From an uncultured Campylobacterales bacterium (lineage in GTDB: Bacteria; Campylobacterota; Campylobacteria; Campylobacterales; QNZT01), in NCBI GenBank assembly GCA_964622255.1, contig CAZUPK010000067.1:3979-67978 (forward strand): 64,000 nucleotides of DNA. The letters run 5' to 3'. The notes below the pieces were generated by a model, which was not told the origin of the DNA, did no database searches, and saw nothing but the letters and a program-made list of their open reading frames with translations. This document shows, in pieces, positions 8,532 through 18,740 of the stretch (positions are counted from its first letter, which is position 1; each line of letters opens with the position of its first letter). A program made the translations under genes and the position numbers.

Positions 8532-10757
8532 TTATAGATCTTGTTCAATAACTTTTTTAAAAGTGTTAAAATAGATATCTTTTAAAACTGATAAATCTTT
8601 TTTTATATCATTTACTACAAACTCATTGTCTGCTTTTGTTATACCTATCCTATCTACTTTTATGCCTTTTATCTCACAAAGCTCTAAAAACTTCTCTTCA
8701 TTTTCTGGTTCTATCTCTACGATAGCTCTACTAAAACTCTCACTAAAGATATCTCTCTCATCATCTACTTTTATTCCAGCTTTAACTGCCAACCCACTCT
8801 TAACAGACATCTTGGCAAGTGCAATAGCTATACCACCAATATTTACATCTTTAGCACTTAAAAGCAGTCCGTCTTTGTTTGCATCTATGATAACATCCCA
8901 TAAAAGTAACTCTTTTTTATAGTCTATCTTTGGTAATTTACCAACTATCTTGTCAAAAAGCTCTTTAAAGTATAAACTTCCACCAAACTCACTTTTTGTT
9001 TCTCCTAAGAGATAGATATAACTTTCCTCTTTTTGGAAAACACTTGGAAGAACTTTTTTCTCATCATCATTTACCCCAACCATAGCAATGGTTGGAGTTG
9101 GCAAAACACTAACTCCTTCAGTTTCATTGTAAAGTGAAACATTACCGCTAACTACAGGAGTTGAAAGCTCCGAACAAGCCTCTTTTATACCTTCACAACC
9201 CTTTGCAAACTGCCACATAACTTCTGGATTTTCAGGATTTCCATAGTTTAGACAATCAGTGACACTAAGAGGTTTAGCCCCACTCATAGCAACATTTCTT
9301 CCACTCTCCATAACCGCAGCTGCCGCTCCGCCCTTTGGATCGATATAACAATATCTTGGATTACAAGCACTACTCATAGCTATAGCTTTTTGGTTTTCCT
9401 TTATCCTTACAACACTAGCATCTAAACTTCCGGGATGTTTTATGGTATTTGTTTGCACCATAGAGTCATACTGCTCATATATCCAAGCTTTATCAACAAC
9501 TTCTAAAGAGCTAAAAAGCTTATCAAATGCTTCATTATTGTCTTTTCTTTCAAAACTATTTATATCTTTTTTACCTATTTCTTTTAAGTATTTTGGCTCT
9601 AAGATAGGTCTATCAAGCACAGGTGCCTCTTCACTTACCGGATCTACTGGTATCTCTCCAACCTTTTTTCCATACCACAAAAGTTCCATAACTCCAGTAT
9701 CTGTAACCTCTCCTATAACAACTGCATCAAGATCCCACTTTTTAAATATCTCTATTACTTTATCTTCTGTTCCCTTTTTAGCACAAATAAGCATCCTCTC
9801 TTGAGATTCGCTTAACATAAACTCATAAGGAGTCATACCCTCTTCTCTTGCAGGAACAAGCCCCAAATCCATCTTCATACCACTTCCACTTCTTCCTGCC
9901 ATTTCAAATGAACTTGAAGTAAGTCCTGCCGCACCCATATCTTGGATACCAACAACATAATCAGTTTTGAAAAGCTCTAAACAAGCTTCAAGTAGTAGTT
10001 TTTCAGTAAAAGGATCTCCAACTTGAACAGTTGGTCTTAGAGATTTACTTTCTTCTGTAAAGCTATCACTACTCATAACAGCTCCACCTAGTCCGTCCCT
10101 TCCTGTTTTACTTCCTACATAGATAACAGGATTTCCTACACCTTCTGCTTTTCCATAAAATATCTCATCAGATTTACATATACCTAAAGTAAAGGCATTT
10201 ACAAGTATGTTTCCGTTATATGCATCATCAAAAAAGGTCTCTCCACCCACTGTGGGAACTCCCATACAGTTTCCATAACTTCCTATACCCTCCACAACTC
10301 CTCTAACAAGATATCTTTGATACTTTCCTATCTTGTCATCTCTTTTTATATTTCCAAATCTCAAAGCATTCAAGTTTGCAATAGGTCTAGCACCCATAGT
10401 AAAAACATCTCTTAGTATTCCCCCAACTCCTGTTGCTGCTCCTTGAAATGGCTCTATAAAACTTGGATGGTTGTGGCTTTCCATCTTAAATACCACTGCC
10501 ATACCATTGCCTATATCTATGACACCTGCATTTTCTCCGGGTCCTTGTATAACCCAAGGAGCCTCTGTTGGAAAACCATTTAAATATTTTTTAGAAGATT
10601 TATATGAGCAGTGTTCACTCCACATCGCAGAAAAGACACCTATTTCTAAAAGATTTGGCTCTCTTTTTAAAATCTGTTTCATATGTTCATAATCAGCTAA
10701 GCTTAGTTTGTGTGAAGCTAAAATTTCCTCAATATTTTCAAGTTTTTCAGTTTGCAT
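8532..10757 (-). CDS. purL: phosphoribosylformylglycinamidine synthase subunit II
   Basis: 741 aa, typical PurL: [41 protein letters not shown]. Confidence 0.95.
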   Translation of the reverse strand: MQTEKLENIEEILASHKLSLADYEHMKQILKREPNLLEIGVFSAMWSEHCSYKSSKKYLNGFPTEAPWVIQGPGENAGVIDIGNGMAVVFKMESHNHPSFIEPFQGAATGVGGILRDVFTMGARPIANLNALRFGNIKRDDKIGKYQRYLVRGVVEGIGSYGNCMGVPTVGGETFFDDAYNGNILVNAFTLGICKSDEIFYGKAEGVGNPVIYVGSKTGRDGLGGAVMSSDSFTEESKSLRPTVQVGDPFTEKLLLEACLELFKTDYVVGIQDMGAAGLTSSSFEMAGRSGSGMKMDLGLVPAREEGMTPYEFMLSESQERMLICAKKGTEDKVIEIFKKWDLDAVVIGEVTDTGVMELLWYGKKVGEIPVDPVSEEAPVLDRPILEPKYLKEIGKKDINSFERKDNNEAFDKLFSSLEVVDKAWIYEQYDSMVQTNTIKHPGSLDASVVRIKENQKAIAMSSACNPRYCYIDPKGGAAAAVMESGRNVAMSGAKPLSVTDCLNYGNPENPEVMWQFAKGCEGIKEACSELSTPVVSGNVSLYNETEGVSVLPTPTIAMVGVNDDEKKVLPSVFQKEESYIYLLGETKSEFGGSLYFKELFDKIVGKLPKIDYKKELLLWDVIIDANKDGLLLSAKDVNIGGIAIALAKMSVKSGLAVKAGIKVDDERDIFSESFSRAIVEIEPENEEKFLELCEIKGIKVDRIGITKADNEFVVNDIKKDLSVLKDIYFNTFKKVIEQDL

Positions 10758-10948
10758 TAAAAGCCCTTAGTTTTTTGTTGATTTTACAAAAAAATAGATA
10801 AATTTTGGCACACCTTTGTATTTAATAACTAAATAGCTTTCATCCTATTGGTAGTTTGATAACTATACAATTTTCTATTATTTTTCTTCATCTCTTGCCT
10901 TTTTTATAAAAATATTTTAACTTTCTATAAAGTTAATCAATATTGTAG

Positions 10949-11205
10949 TATAAAGCTAATTGGAGAGGTAAAACTATTATCAAAATAGACAAATGGTTTC
11001 CATACATCTTAAAATATCTCAAATATGCTCTTATTGTGGTGCAAATACAGGTAAAAAAGCACTGAATATTAGAAGATTTGACTCTCCTCACTGCAACACA
11101 AAAGATATTGATAGAGATGTAAATGCTAGTATCAATATAAGAAATTATGGCTTAGGTCAAGTTGATAATAGAAATGCTAAAGTAGAGCTAAAACTTAAGT
11201 TTTAG
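10949..11205 (+). pseudogene. IS200/IS605-family TnpB, C-terminal relic (zinc ribbon + RuvC-III)
   Basis: Own reading YKANWRGKTIIKIDKWFP, then a frameshift, then track ORF 10993..11205 ..ISQICSYCGANTGKKALNIRRFDSPHCNTKDIDRDVNASINIRNYGL. This fits the TnpB C-terminal pattern (CxxC..CxxC, DRDxNA). About 300 N-terminal codons are missing. Confidence 0.65.
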
Positions 11206-11427
11206 CAAATTTCGCTATAAAATCCTTGTCTTTAGAGTAGGGATATAAGGCGATAGAAAGTTTGATAGGGAATTTATCCTCCCCTTGAAACTTTCTAATA
11301 TTTTTAGTATAATCTTTTGGAATGTTGGGCATCGAACCTTTAGTATAGGGAATGTAAGAGGTGGTAATAACCCAATTCCTGTTATAAAGCTAGAATTCCA
11401 TTAATTTATTAATGGGAAGTATGTCAG
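11206..11427 (+). mobile_element. degenerate IS200/IS605 right-end / omega-RNA-like tail following the TnpB relic
   Basis: Contiguous with the TnpB relic. Ends in ATGGGAAGTATGTCAG (11412-11427), a 16-mer also found at 30701-30716 and 33949-33964. Confidence 0.45.
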
Positions 11428-11460
11428 GATATTCATACTCAGGTTAATTAAGGAGTACTT

Positions 11461-12720
11461 TTGCAAGATAAAACTATAGTAACTCACTACGGTTATGAAA
11501 AAGATGGTAACATAACTATGGCTGTTCCTATCTATCAAACCACTGCTTATGAGTTTGAAAGTAGCCAACAAGCTGCCAATCTTTTTGAGTTAAAAGAATT
11601 GGGAAATATCTATACAAGACTTTCAAATCCTACCACAGATGTTTTGGAAAAGAGATTTGCAAAGCTCGAAAAAGGTGCATCGGCAGTTGCTACAAGTAGC
11701 GGTATGAGTGCGATATTTAACTCTATAGTAAATGTCACTGAAGCCGGAGATAACATCATAGTTGCTTCCAAAAGTTATGGTGGAACTGTTACTCTTAGTG
11801 GACACACTTTAAAAAGATTTGGGATAAAGAGTCGCTACTTTGATGTTCACTCACCAAATGAACTTGAAAAATTGATAGATGATAAAACAAAGATAATAGT
11901 TTTTGAGACTCTTTCAAACCCTAGCATCGATGTGCCTGATTTTGATGCTATCGTATCTATTGCAAAAAAGCATCAGGTATTAACACTTGTTGACAATACC
12001 GTTGCAACTCCTATTCACTGTAAGCCTTTGGAGTTTGGGTGTGATTTAGTTTGTCACTCTACTAGCAAGTATACTACCGGACAGGGATTAGCACTAGGTG
12101 GAATCATAGTTGAAAGAGTTGGTTTAAACGATTTTTTAAAAAATAATCCAAGATATGTCCATTTTAACTCTCCGGATCCTAGTTATCACGGACTTGTTTA
12201 TACAAACTTAACCCTACCCATTTTTACTCTAAGAGTAAGACTTGCACTTTTAAGGGATGTTGGAAATGCACCAAGTCCTTTTAACTCTTGGCTTTTTATA
12301 CAAGGACTAGAACATCTTCCTCTTAGAATGAAACAACACAGTGACTCTGCTTTGAAAATAGCTAAATTTTTAGAAACTCATCCAAAGGTAAAGAGGGTAA
12401 ATTATCCAGGACTAGAGTCAAATAAAAACTTTAAAAATGCTACTAAATATTTAAAGGGTGGATTTTCCGGACTTTTAAGTTTTGAAGTGGAAACAAAAGA
12501 GGAGGCTTTAGCTATCCTAAACAAAACTAAACTATTTTCACTTGTGGTTAATATAGGAGATAGCAAATCCATCATCACTCATCCAGCATCAACAACCCAT
12601 CAGCAACTATCAAACAAAGAACTTGAAAAAGCGGGAGTTCCCGCAGGACTTATAAGACTTAGTATAGGTCTTGAGGATGTTGATGATTTGATAGATGATT
12701 TAAAGGTAGCATTAGCTTGA
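11461..12720 (+). CDS. metY: O-acetylhomoserine sulfhydrylase (aminocarboxypropyltransferase)
   Basis: 419 aa, PLP Cys/Met-metabolism family: YTRLSNPTTDVLEKR, HSTSKYTTG (PLP lysine), ITHPASTTH. TTG start 7 nt after AAGGAG. Confidence 0.85.
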   Translation: MQDKTIVTHYGYEKDGNITMAVPIYQTTAYEFESSQQAANLFELKELGNIYTRLSNPTTDVLEKRFAKLEKGASAVATSSGMSAIFNSIVNVTEAGDNIIVASKSYGGTVTLSGHTLKRFGIKSRYFDVHSPNELEKLIDDKTKIIVFETLSNPSIDVPDFDAIVSIAKKHQVLTLVDNTVATPIHCKPLEFGCDLVCHSTSKYTTGQGLALGGIIVERVGLNDFLKNNPRYVHFNSPDPSYHGLVYTNLTLPIFTLRVRLALLRDVGNAPSPFNSWLFIQGLEHLPLRMKQHSDSALKIAKFLETHPKVKRVNYPGLESNKNFKNATKYLKGGFSGLLSFEVETKEEALAILNKTKLFSLVVNIGDSKSIITHPASTTHQQLSNKELEKAGVPAGLIRLSIGLEDVDDLIDDLKVALA

Positions 12721-13820
12721 GTTTAAATCTAAAAACACATAAAGAACACTTTACAAATCCTCTATATCTTGAAAGCGGTAGAATACTGGAACCTTATGAT
12801 TTAGTTTATGAAACTTATGGTAAGTTAAATGAAGAAAAAGACAATGTTATAGTTCTCTGCCATGCCCTAACAGGAAGCCACCATGCCGCAGGAAAATATG
12901 AGGGAGAGAGTAAATTGGGTTGGTGGGATCCTATGATAGGAGATGGAAAACCCATAGATACAAACAAATACTTTGTAATATGTGTAAATACCATAGGAAG
13001 TTGTTTTGGTTCCACCGGTCCTATGAGTGCTGAGTATCCAAGTGATAAACCTTATAGATTAAGATTTCCCATTATCACTATAAGTGATATGGTAAAGGCT
13101 CAAAGGATACTTTTTGATAGACTCGGTATCCATAAAGTAGAGGCTATCATCGGTGGAAGTATGGGCGGTATGCAAGCTCTTTGCTTTGCTATAGAGTATC
13201 CAAGATTTGCAAAAAAACATATTATATTAGCTTCAACTTATGCAACTAGAGCTTGGGTGATAGCTTTTAACAAAGTTGCAAGAGAAGCAGTTATAAATGA
13301 TCCTGCTTTTAAAGATGGAAACTATGATCCTAAAGATATAAAAGAAAGGGGATTTAACGGTTTTGCCATAGCTAGAATGTGTGGACACATAAGTTATCTA
13401 AGTCCCGATAGTATGGACAAAAAGTTTAATAGAAACTATGTAGAAACTGATGGACTTTATGAGCTTTTTGGAAGATATCAAGTTGAAAGATACCTTGATT
13501 ATAATGGAAAAAACTTTGTCCACTGGTTTGATCCATTAAGTTTTTTATACATAACAAAAGCAATAAATAACTTTGATGTAAGCAGAAATTATGACTCATT
13601 AGAAGACTCTTTGAGTCGTATAAACTCCGATATATTTTTGATTAGTTTTAAAAGCGATCTACTTTTTTTACCTAGAGAGATGAAAAAGATTTATGATATT
13701 TTAAAAGGTTTAAATAAGCCTCATAAAGTAAGATATATTGAAGTTGATAGTAACTATGGACACGATGCATTTTTGGTTGAGTATGATAAGTTTAGCCACT
13801 ATATAAAGGAAGAGCTATGA
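12717..13820 (+). CDS. metX: homoserine O-acetyltransferase
   Basis: 367 aa. VLCHALTGSHHAAG, nucleophile elbow IGGSMGGMQAL, C-terminal GHDAFL. TTG start overlaps the metY stop (TTGA). Confidence 0.9.
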   Translation: MSLNLKTHKEHFTNPLYLESGRILEPYDLVYETYGKLNEEKDNVIVLCHALTGSHHAAGKYEGESKLGWWDPMIGDGKPIDTNKYFVICVNTIGSCFGSTGPMSAEYPSDKPYRLRFPIITISDMVKAQRILFDRLGIHKVEAIIGGSMGGMQALCFAIEYPRFAKKHIILASTYATRAWVIAFNKVAREAVINDPAFKDGNYDPKDIKERGFNGFAIARMCGHISYLSPDSMDKKFNRNYVETDGLYELFGRYQVERYLDYNGKNFVHWFDPLSFLYITKAINNFDVSRNYDSLEDSLSRINSDIFLISFKSDLLFLPREMKKIYDILKGLNKPHKVRYIEVDSNYGHDAFLVEYDKFSHYIKEEL

Positions 13821-13915
13821 GTAAAGAGATAGGTTTTGAAGATAAACTAAAAAAAGCTAAGGAGTTTTTAGAAAAAGTAGAACTTGAAGAGTCAAATGGG
13901 GGTAAATTATTATGA
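13817..13915 (+). CDS. 32-aa mini-ORF resembling the N-terminal half of exonuclease VII small subunit (possibly a decayed xseB)
   Basis: Not in the track (<60 aa). MSKEIGFEDKLKKAKEFLEKVELEESNGGKLL. ATGA overlaps at both ends (13817-13820 with metX, 13912-13915 with the next gene). Confidence 0.3.
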   Translation: MSKEIGFEDKLKKAKEFLEKVELEESNGGKLL

Positions 13916-14709
13916 AAATAGCAGCTTTTCAACTTCCTACTCTACCTTTGAGCAATAGAAAACTTAGGGAGTATATGCAAAGAGCAAGTCAAAATGGAGT
14001 TAAAATAGTGGTTTTAGGTGAATATGTTTTAAATAACTTTTTTAAAGAGTTGGTTACTATGAAAAAAAATATGATATTTATCCAAACTAGGCATAAGATA
14101 GAAGCACTTGAAAATTTTGCAAGGAAATTTGAGATACACATAGTAGCACCACTAGTTATAATAAATAACAATAAAATTTACAAAGCTATAGGGCATTTTA
14201 GTCCAACTGAAACGACATTTAAAAATCAAGAGTTTTTAATAAACTACAACCACTGGGATGAAGAGAGCTTTTTTGATAATGAGCCAAGTAGTGAGATATC
14301 TGTTATGAACTTTACCTTAAATGGACTAAATATAGCTGTAATAAACGGTTTTGAGATACACTTTGATCATATCTGGCTTGATATACTAAAAAAAGATACA
14401 GACTTAGTTTTGATTCCTTCTGCATCAACTTTCGGTTCAAATCAAAGATGGAATGAGATATTAAAAACAAGGGCCTTTGTAAACTCCCTTTATATTTTAA
14501 GGGTAAATCGTATAGGAAGCTATCAAGATGAGGGAAGTTTTTGGAACTTCTACGGAGAAACTTACCTTATAAATCCTAATGGTTTTATAGAACAAACTTT
14601 GGATTCAAGTGAAGGTATGCTTATAGCAGAGGTTGATATAAAAGAGTTAAGAGATAGTCATTTGAGTTGGAAGTTTAAAGAGTATTTAAAAAAGAGAAAT
14701 CTTATATGA
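13912..14709 (+). CDS. carbon-nitrogen hydrolase (nitrilase superfamily) homologue lacking any cysteine
   Basis: 265 aa. Family-like VVLGEY, RAFVNSLYILRVNRIG and FYGETYLINPNG. The expected nucleophile segment reads AVINGFEIHFDH, and the whole protein contains no Cys. Confidence 0.75.
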   Translation: MKIAAFQLPTLPLSNRKLREYMQRASQNGVKIVVLGEYVLNNFFKELVTMKKNMIFIQTRHKIEALENFARKFEIHIVAPLVIINNNKIYKAIGHFSPTETTFKNQEFLINYNHWDEESFFDNEPSSEISVMNFTLNGLNIAVINGFEIHFDHIWLDILKKDTDLVLIPSASTFGSNQRWNEILKTRAFVNSLYILRVNRIGSYQDEGSFWNFYGETYLINPNGFIEQTLDSSEGMLIAEVDIKELRDSHLSWKFKEYLKKRNLI

Positions 14710-15377
14710 ATCAAAGGTTTTACAGTCGTCAAATAAAGTTTTGGGGAGAAAAAACTCAAAATAATTTAAAAAACAAAAAGATAGCTATTATTGGCTGTGG
14801 AGGACTTGGTTGTAGTTTGGGGCTAACTCTTGGCAGTAGTGGCATCGGAGAGTTTCATCTAATAGACTTTGATAGGGTAGAGATTCATAATATCCATAGA
14901 CAACTAGGCTTTAACATAGATAATGTTGGAGAGTATAAAAGTGAAGCTCTAAAAAAAACTCTTCAAAAAAGGGCATTTGATGCAAAATTTTTTAGTTATA
15001 CTGATGATTTTGAAAGGTTTATAAAGTATTGTGATATGAAATTTGACTTAATTCTTGATGCAACGGATAACCTAGAAACAAGAGTTAAGATTGATAACTT
15101 TGCAAAGAAAAAAAATATTCCTTGGATATATGCAAGTGTAGAGAGGTTTAACGGACAAGTTTGCTTTTTTGAAAAGAGTATTTTTAGCTCTTTTAACACT
15201 TCACACAAAACTCCAAAAGGTGTAACTCCACCTATCGTAGCTTTTATAGCGTCTTTTCAAGCAAACTTAGCTCTAAGATACTTGGCAAATCTTGGTGTAA
15301 AAAAGGATACTCTTTATTATCTTTTTATTAGTCAAAATGGAGAGCTTGAAATAAAAAAATTTACAATGCCTAAGTGA
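14706..15377 (+). CDS. ThiF/MoeB/HesA-family E1-like adenylyltransferase
   Basis: 223 aa. YSRQI..WG, nucleotide loop IAIIGCGGLGCSLG, DFDRVEIHNIHRQ, ILDATDNLETR. Confidence 0.8.
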   Translation: MNQRFYSRQIKFWGEKTQNNLKNKKIAIIGCGGLGCSLGLTLGSSGIGEFHLIDFDRVEIHNIHRQLGFNIDNVGEYKSEALKKTLQKRAFDAKFFSYTDDFERFIKYCDMKFDLILDATDNLETRVKIDNFAKKKNIPWIYASVERFNGQVCFFEKSIFSSFNTSHKTPKGVTPPIVAFIASFQANLALRYLANLGVKKDTLYYLFISQNGELEIKKFTMPK

Positions 15378-15383
15378 GTTGAT

Positions 15384-16034
15384 ATGGATAATGCAAAAGA
15401 AGAGTTATTAATGGATTTTAAAAATAAAAAATACATCATTTTCGATATGGATGGGACTTTGATAGATAGCTCTTTACTTTTAGCAAACTCTATAAACTAT
15501 GTAAGACAAAACTTGGGACTTCCTAAGATGGATGATAAAACTATATTAAGGGCTATAAATGATGAGAGCATAAATGCCTCTATGTTTTTTTATGAGAGTG
15601 AATTTTTTGAGGATTTTCACACAGAGTTTTTTAACGAATACTACCAAATGCACTATAAAACTGACTCAAAATTATATCCGGGAGCTAAAGAGCTTTTGGA
15701 AAGGTTAAACAAAACCCATAAAATCTCACTCGCAACAAATGCTTATAAAAAATCAGCATATACTATACTTTTTGCATTGGGTATCGAACACTACTTTGAT
15801 ATCATTATCTGTGGTAATGATGTCCAAAATCCAAAACCACATCCTCAGATGATTGAGATGATCATAGAGTTTTATGAAGATAGTAAAGATAAGTTTTTAT
15901 TAGTAGGTGATAGCACAAGAGATAAACTATGTGCTAAAAATGCCGGTATTGATTCTATCTTGGTCGAGTGGGGATTTAGTGAACATCAAAACTCTATACA
16001 CTCTTTCAAAGAGTTGGAAAAGTTACTTTTTTAA
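15384..16034 (+). CDS. HAD-superfamily hydrolase (phosphoglycolate phosphatase-like)
   Basis: 216 aa. Motif I IIFDMDGTLIDS, ATNAYKK, KPHPQM, VGDSTRD. Confidence 0.75.
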   Translation: MDNAKEELLMDFKNKKYIIFDMDGTLIDSSLLLANSINYVRQNLGLPKMDDKTILRAINDESINASMFFYESEFFEDFHTEFFNEYYQMHYKTDSKLYPGAKELLERLNKTHKISLATNAYKKSAYTILFALGIEHYFDIIICGNDVQNPKPHPQMIEMIIEFYEDSKDKFLLVGDSTRDKLCAKNAGIDSILVEWGFSEHQNSIHSFKELEKLLF

Positions 16035-16039
16035 TAGTA

Positions 16040-16466
16040 TTTTTATTGTAAACTCCATACTATAATCCTTTAATGTTTGTGTATGAATGAAGCTCGTATA
16101 TTATGAGTCTTGATCAGTATTGAATATTTCAGGTTTAGGATGGTTTTTTGAGTGCATCATTTAATACATCCATAACAAAGTCTGTATCCATAACATTAGA
16201 TATCTTCCAAGATAACACTGCTTTAGAATACCAGTCAATTATTGCTACAAGAGAAACTATTCCACCATTGATTTTAATATAGGTAATATCAGTTGACCAT
16301 ACTTTATTTGGTTTGTTGATTTTTACATCTTTAAGTTTGTATGGATATTTAGGATGGGTTTCATCAGCTATAGTTGTTGATATTGGTTTAACAGCGAGTA
16401 TTGCTTTAATTCCTAACTTTTTACGATATTTTGATACTGTATTTAAATCATAGTTCTTTTAGCCAT
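16040..16466 (-). pseudogene. IS3-family transposase orfB relic
   Basis: Own minus-strand translation: NYDLNTVSKYRKKLGIKAILAVKP...LKDVKINKPNKVWSTDITYIKINGGIVSLVAIIDWYSKAVLSWKISNVMDTDFVMDVLNDALKKPS*, then a frameshift, then PEIFNTDQDS*YTSFIHTQTLKDYSME. Truncated and interrupted. Confidence 0.65.
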
Positions 16467-16495
16467 TTAAATAAAGGGAACTTCTAAAACCTCTA

Positions 16496-18703
16496 TCACA
16501 ACTTAACCAAAGTTGCACCCATACCACCCATATTTGCCGGAGCATCGCTAAAAGCTTTTATGCTTGGATGAGTTTTTAAAAACTCTTTTACAGCATAAGC
16601 TAGTTTTCCGGTTCCTACTCCATGATAGATTAAAACTTCATCATATCCTGTTATCAAGGCATCTGATAAAAACTTGTCAAGCTTTTCTATCGCTTCATCT
16701 ACTCTTAAGCCATGAAGATCAAGTTGAACACTTGAAAACTTCGGTCTTTGCACCAAAATCTTTGCTTTTTTAGTTTTAATCTTAGGAGGATTGCCACTTC
16801 TTTTTAACTCACTTAGTGGAACTTTCATTTTTATACCGTCACAGGTGATAAATGCCATATCTCTTTGGATTTTTAGTATCTCACCTTTGCAAGAGCTATA
16901 CTTTATCCTATCTCCAACTTTTAGTTCACACTTTTTTGGCTTTGCTTGAAATTTTAAAGCCTCTTTTTTCTTTTTATCAGCTTTATTTAAAAGTCTGTGG
17001 ATATCTGCTTTATCCTTAGATTTAGCGGCTTTTTTAGCCTTCTTTATCGCTTCAAGATACTCTCTTTCAAGTTTGCTTTTTAATCTTTTAAGCTCTTCAT
17101 CTGCTTTTTCTTTTTGATTTTGCAACGACTCTTTTAACTTTTCATACTTTTGCTTTTTAGCTAAAACATCCTTTAACTCACTCTTTAACTTTAACTCTAA
17201 GTCGATATTTATCTGAATAAGCTCATTTAATCTCTCTTGATCCTCTCCATAAAGTTCTTTTGCCTCCTTTACTACAACGGGAGATATACCATATCTCAAA
17301 GCTGTTTCAAAAGCATAACTTTTTCCAATAGTTCCTTTTAAAAACTCATAAGTCGGCTTTCTTTGCTCTTCATCATAAAGTGCGGCTAAAAGTTCTACCT
17401 CATCGTCTGTTGCCATCATAGAAGCTAGTCTTTTATGGTGAGTAGTAACAACCACTTTTACATCACCTTTTTTTAGGATATTTTTAAGTATTACTTTAAA
17501 AAGACTTGCGGCTTCATCGCTATCAGTTCCAAGTTCTATCTCATCAACTCCGGCTATAAAACTTCTCTTTTCAAAAAGTTTGCTAAACTCACTCATTCGT
17601 CCGGCAAATGTTGATATATCATTTTTTACACTTTGAGGATCATCGATGATAGGGATTATCTCTTTAAAAGAGCAGATTTTGGAGTTGTTTGCATCAACTT
17701 TCATAGGCAAAAGATACTTTGCCATAAAAACTGCACTTAGGATGCTCTTTAAAAGCATTGTTTTACCACCGGCATTTACACCTGTTACAAGTAGGAGCCT
17801 TTTTGAAAAGTTTAAGTTCATAAGTTTTGGATCTTTTAAAGCTGGATGAGCAAAGTTTTTTAAGATAATCTCTTTTGATTTTGTAGGAGCTATAAATTCT
17901 AAATCTTTAGCTTTTGCAAAATTTACCCTTGCTTGATAGTGATCAAACCTATCAAACTCCCTGTTTATGTAGTTTAAAAATTTCCAAAACTTAGATAGTG
18001 TCTGGCTTATCTTTCTCTCATACTCATAAACTAATTCCTCTTTTTGGCTTAAAAGTTCACTTTGTTTTTTTTTCAACTTCTCGATAGACTCAGGGATAAT
18101 ATAAAAAAATCCCGCACTACTTCTAGCAACAACACTTCCCTTTAAAATATGGTTAAAACCGCCACGAACCAAAATAGTTTCACTATCATCTACATAGTGT
18201 ATCTGAGTATCTACTAAGTAGGGTTGAATTTTTTTCGTATAGATAACTCTTTTTAAAGCATATTTTATATCCTCTTTATTTTTCTTAAGAGTATATTCTA
18301 TCGACTCAAATCTCTCATCAACCGAAGCTCTAAGATTTGCCTTTTCATCAAAGTATGATGCTATTTCTAAAACTTCAGGCGGAGTTTGAACCTTTAAAAG
18401 CCACTCTGAAACAACTCCACTAAAGTTTTGCTTTTTTAAGTAGTTGAAATACCAAATGATTTTTACAAACTCAAATATTTCATAAAGCTTTAAAATACCC
18501 TGCTTTTTTAGATACATTAAAGCTGAGTCAAGATTTTTTGTCTCTTTTGGAGGGGTAAACTCAACCTTTGCTATCTCATCTATAAATCTTTTATGAAGAT
18601 TTACATCTCCCTCCATAAAAAGCTCTTTATCTCTTGCAAAAAATGTTTTAAACTCTGCTACATACTCTTGTAAATCTAACTTTTTCTCGATCTGTTTTAT
18701 CAT
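16496..18703 (-). CDS. mutS2: endonuclease MutS2 (MutS domain V + Smr)
   Basis: 735 aa. Walker A VTGVNAGGKTMLLKS, DEIELGTD, long coiled-coil, C-terminal Smr LDLHGLRVDEAIEKLDKFL..IYHGVGTGKL. Confidence 0.9.
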   Translation of the reverse strand: MIKQIEKKLDLQEYVAEFKTFFARDKELFMEGDVNLHKRFIDEIAKVEFTPPKETKNLDSALMYLKKQGILKLYEIFEFVKIIWYFNYLKKQNFSGVVSEWLLKVQTPPEVLEIASYFDEKANLRASVDERFESIEYTLKKNKEDIKYALKRVIYTKKIQPYLVDTQIHYVDDSETILVRGGFNHILKGSVVARSSAGFFYIIPESIEKLKKKQSELLSQKEELVYEYERKISQTLSKFWKFLNYINREFDRFDHYQARVNFAKAKDLEFIAPTKSKEIILKNFAHPALKDPKLMNLNFSKRLLLVTGVNAGGKTMLLKSILSAVFMAKYLLPMKVDANNSKICSFKEIIPIIDDPQSVKNDISTFAGRMSEFSKLFEKRSFIAGVDEIELGTDSDEAASLFKVILKNILKKGDVKVVVTTHHKRLASMMATDDEVELLAALYDEEQRKPTYEFLKGTIGKSYAFETALRYGISPVVVKEAKELYGEDQERLNELIQINIDLELKLKSELKDVLAKKQKYEKLKESLQNQKEKADEELKRLKSKLEREYLEAIKKAKKAAKSKDKADIHRLLNKADKKKKEALKFQAKPKKCELKVGDRIKYSSCKGEILKIQRDMAFITCDGIKMKVPLSELKRSGNPPKIKTKKAKILVQRPKFSSVQLDLHGLRVDEAIEKLDKFLSDALITGYDEVLIYHGVGTGKLAYAVKEFLKTHPSIKAFSDAPANMGGMGATLVKL

Positions 18704-18740
18704 TTTATTATGATAGCAAAATATTATAAGAGATCTTTAA

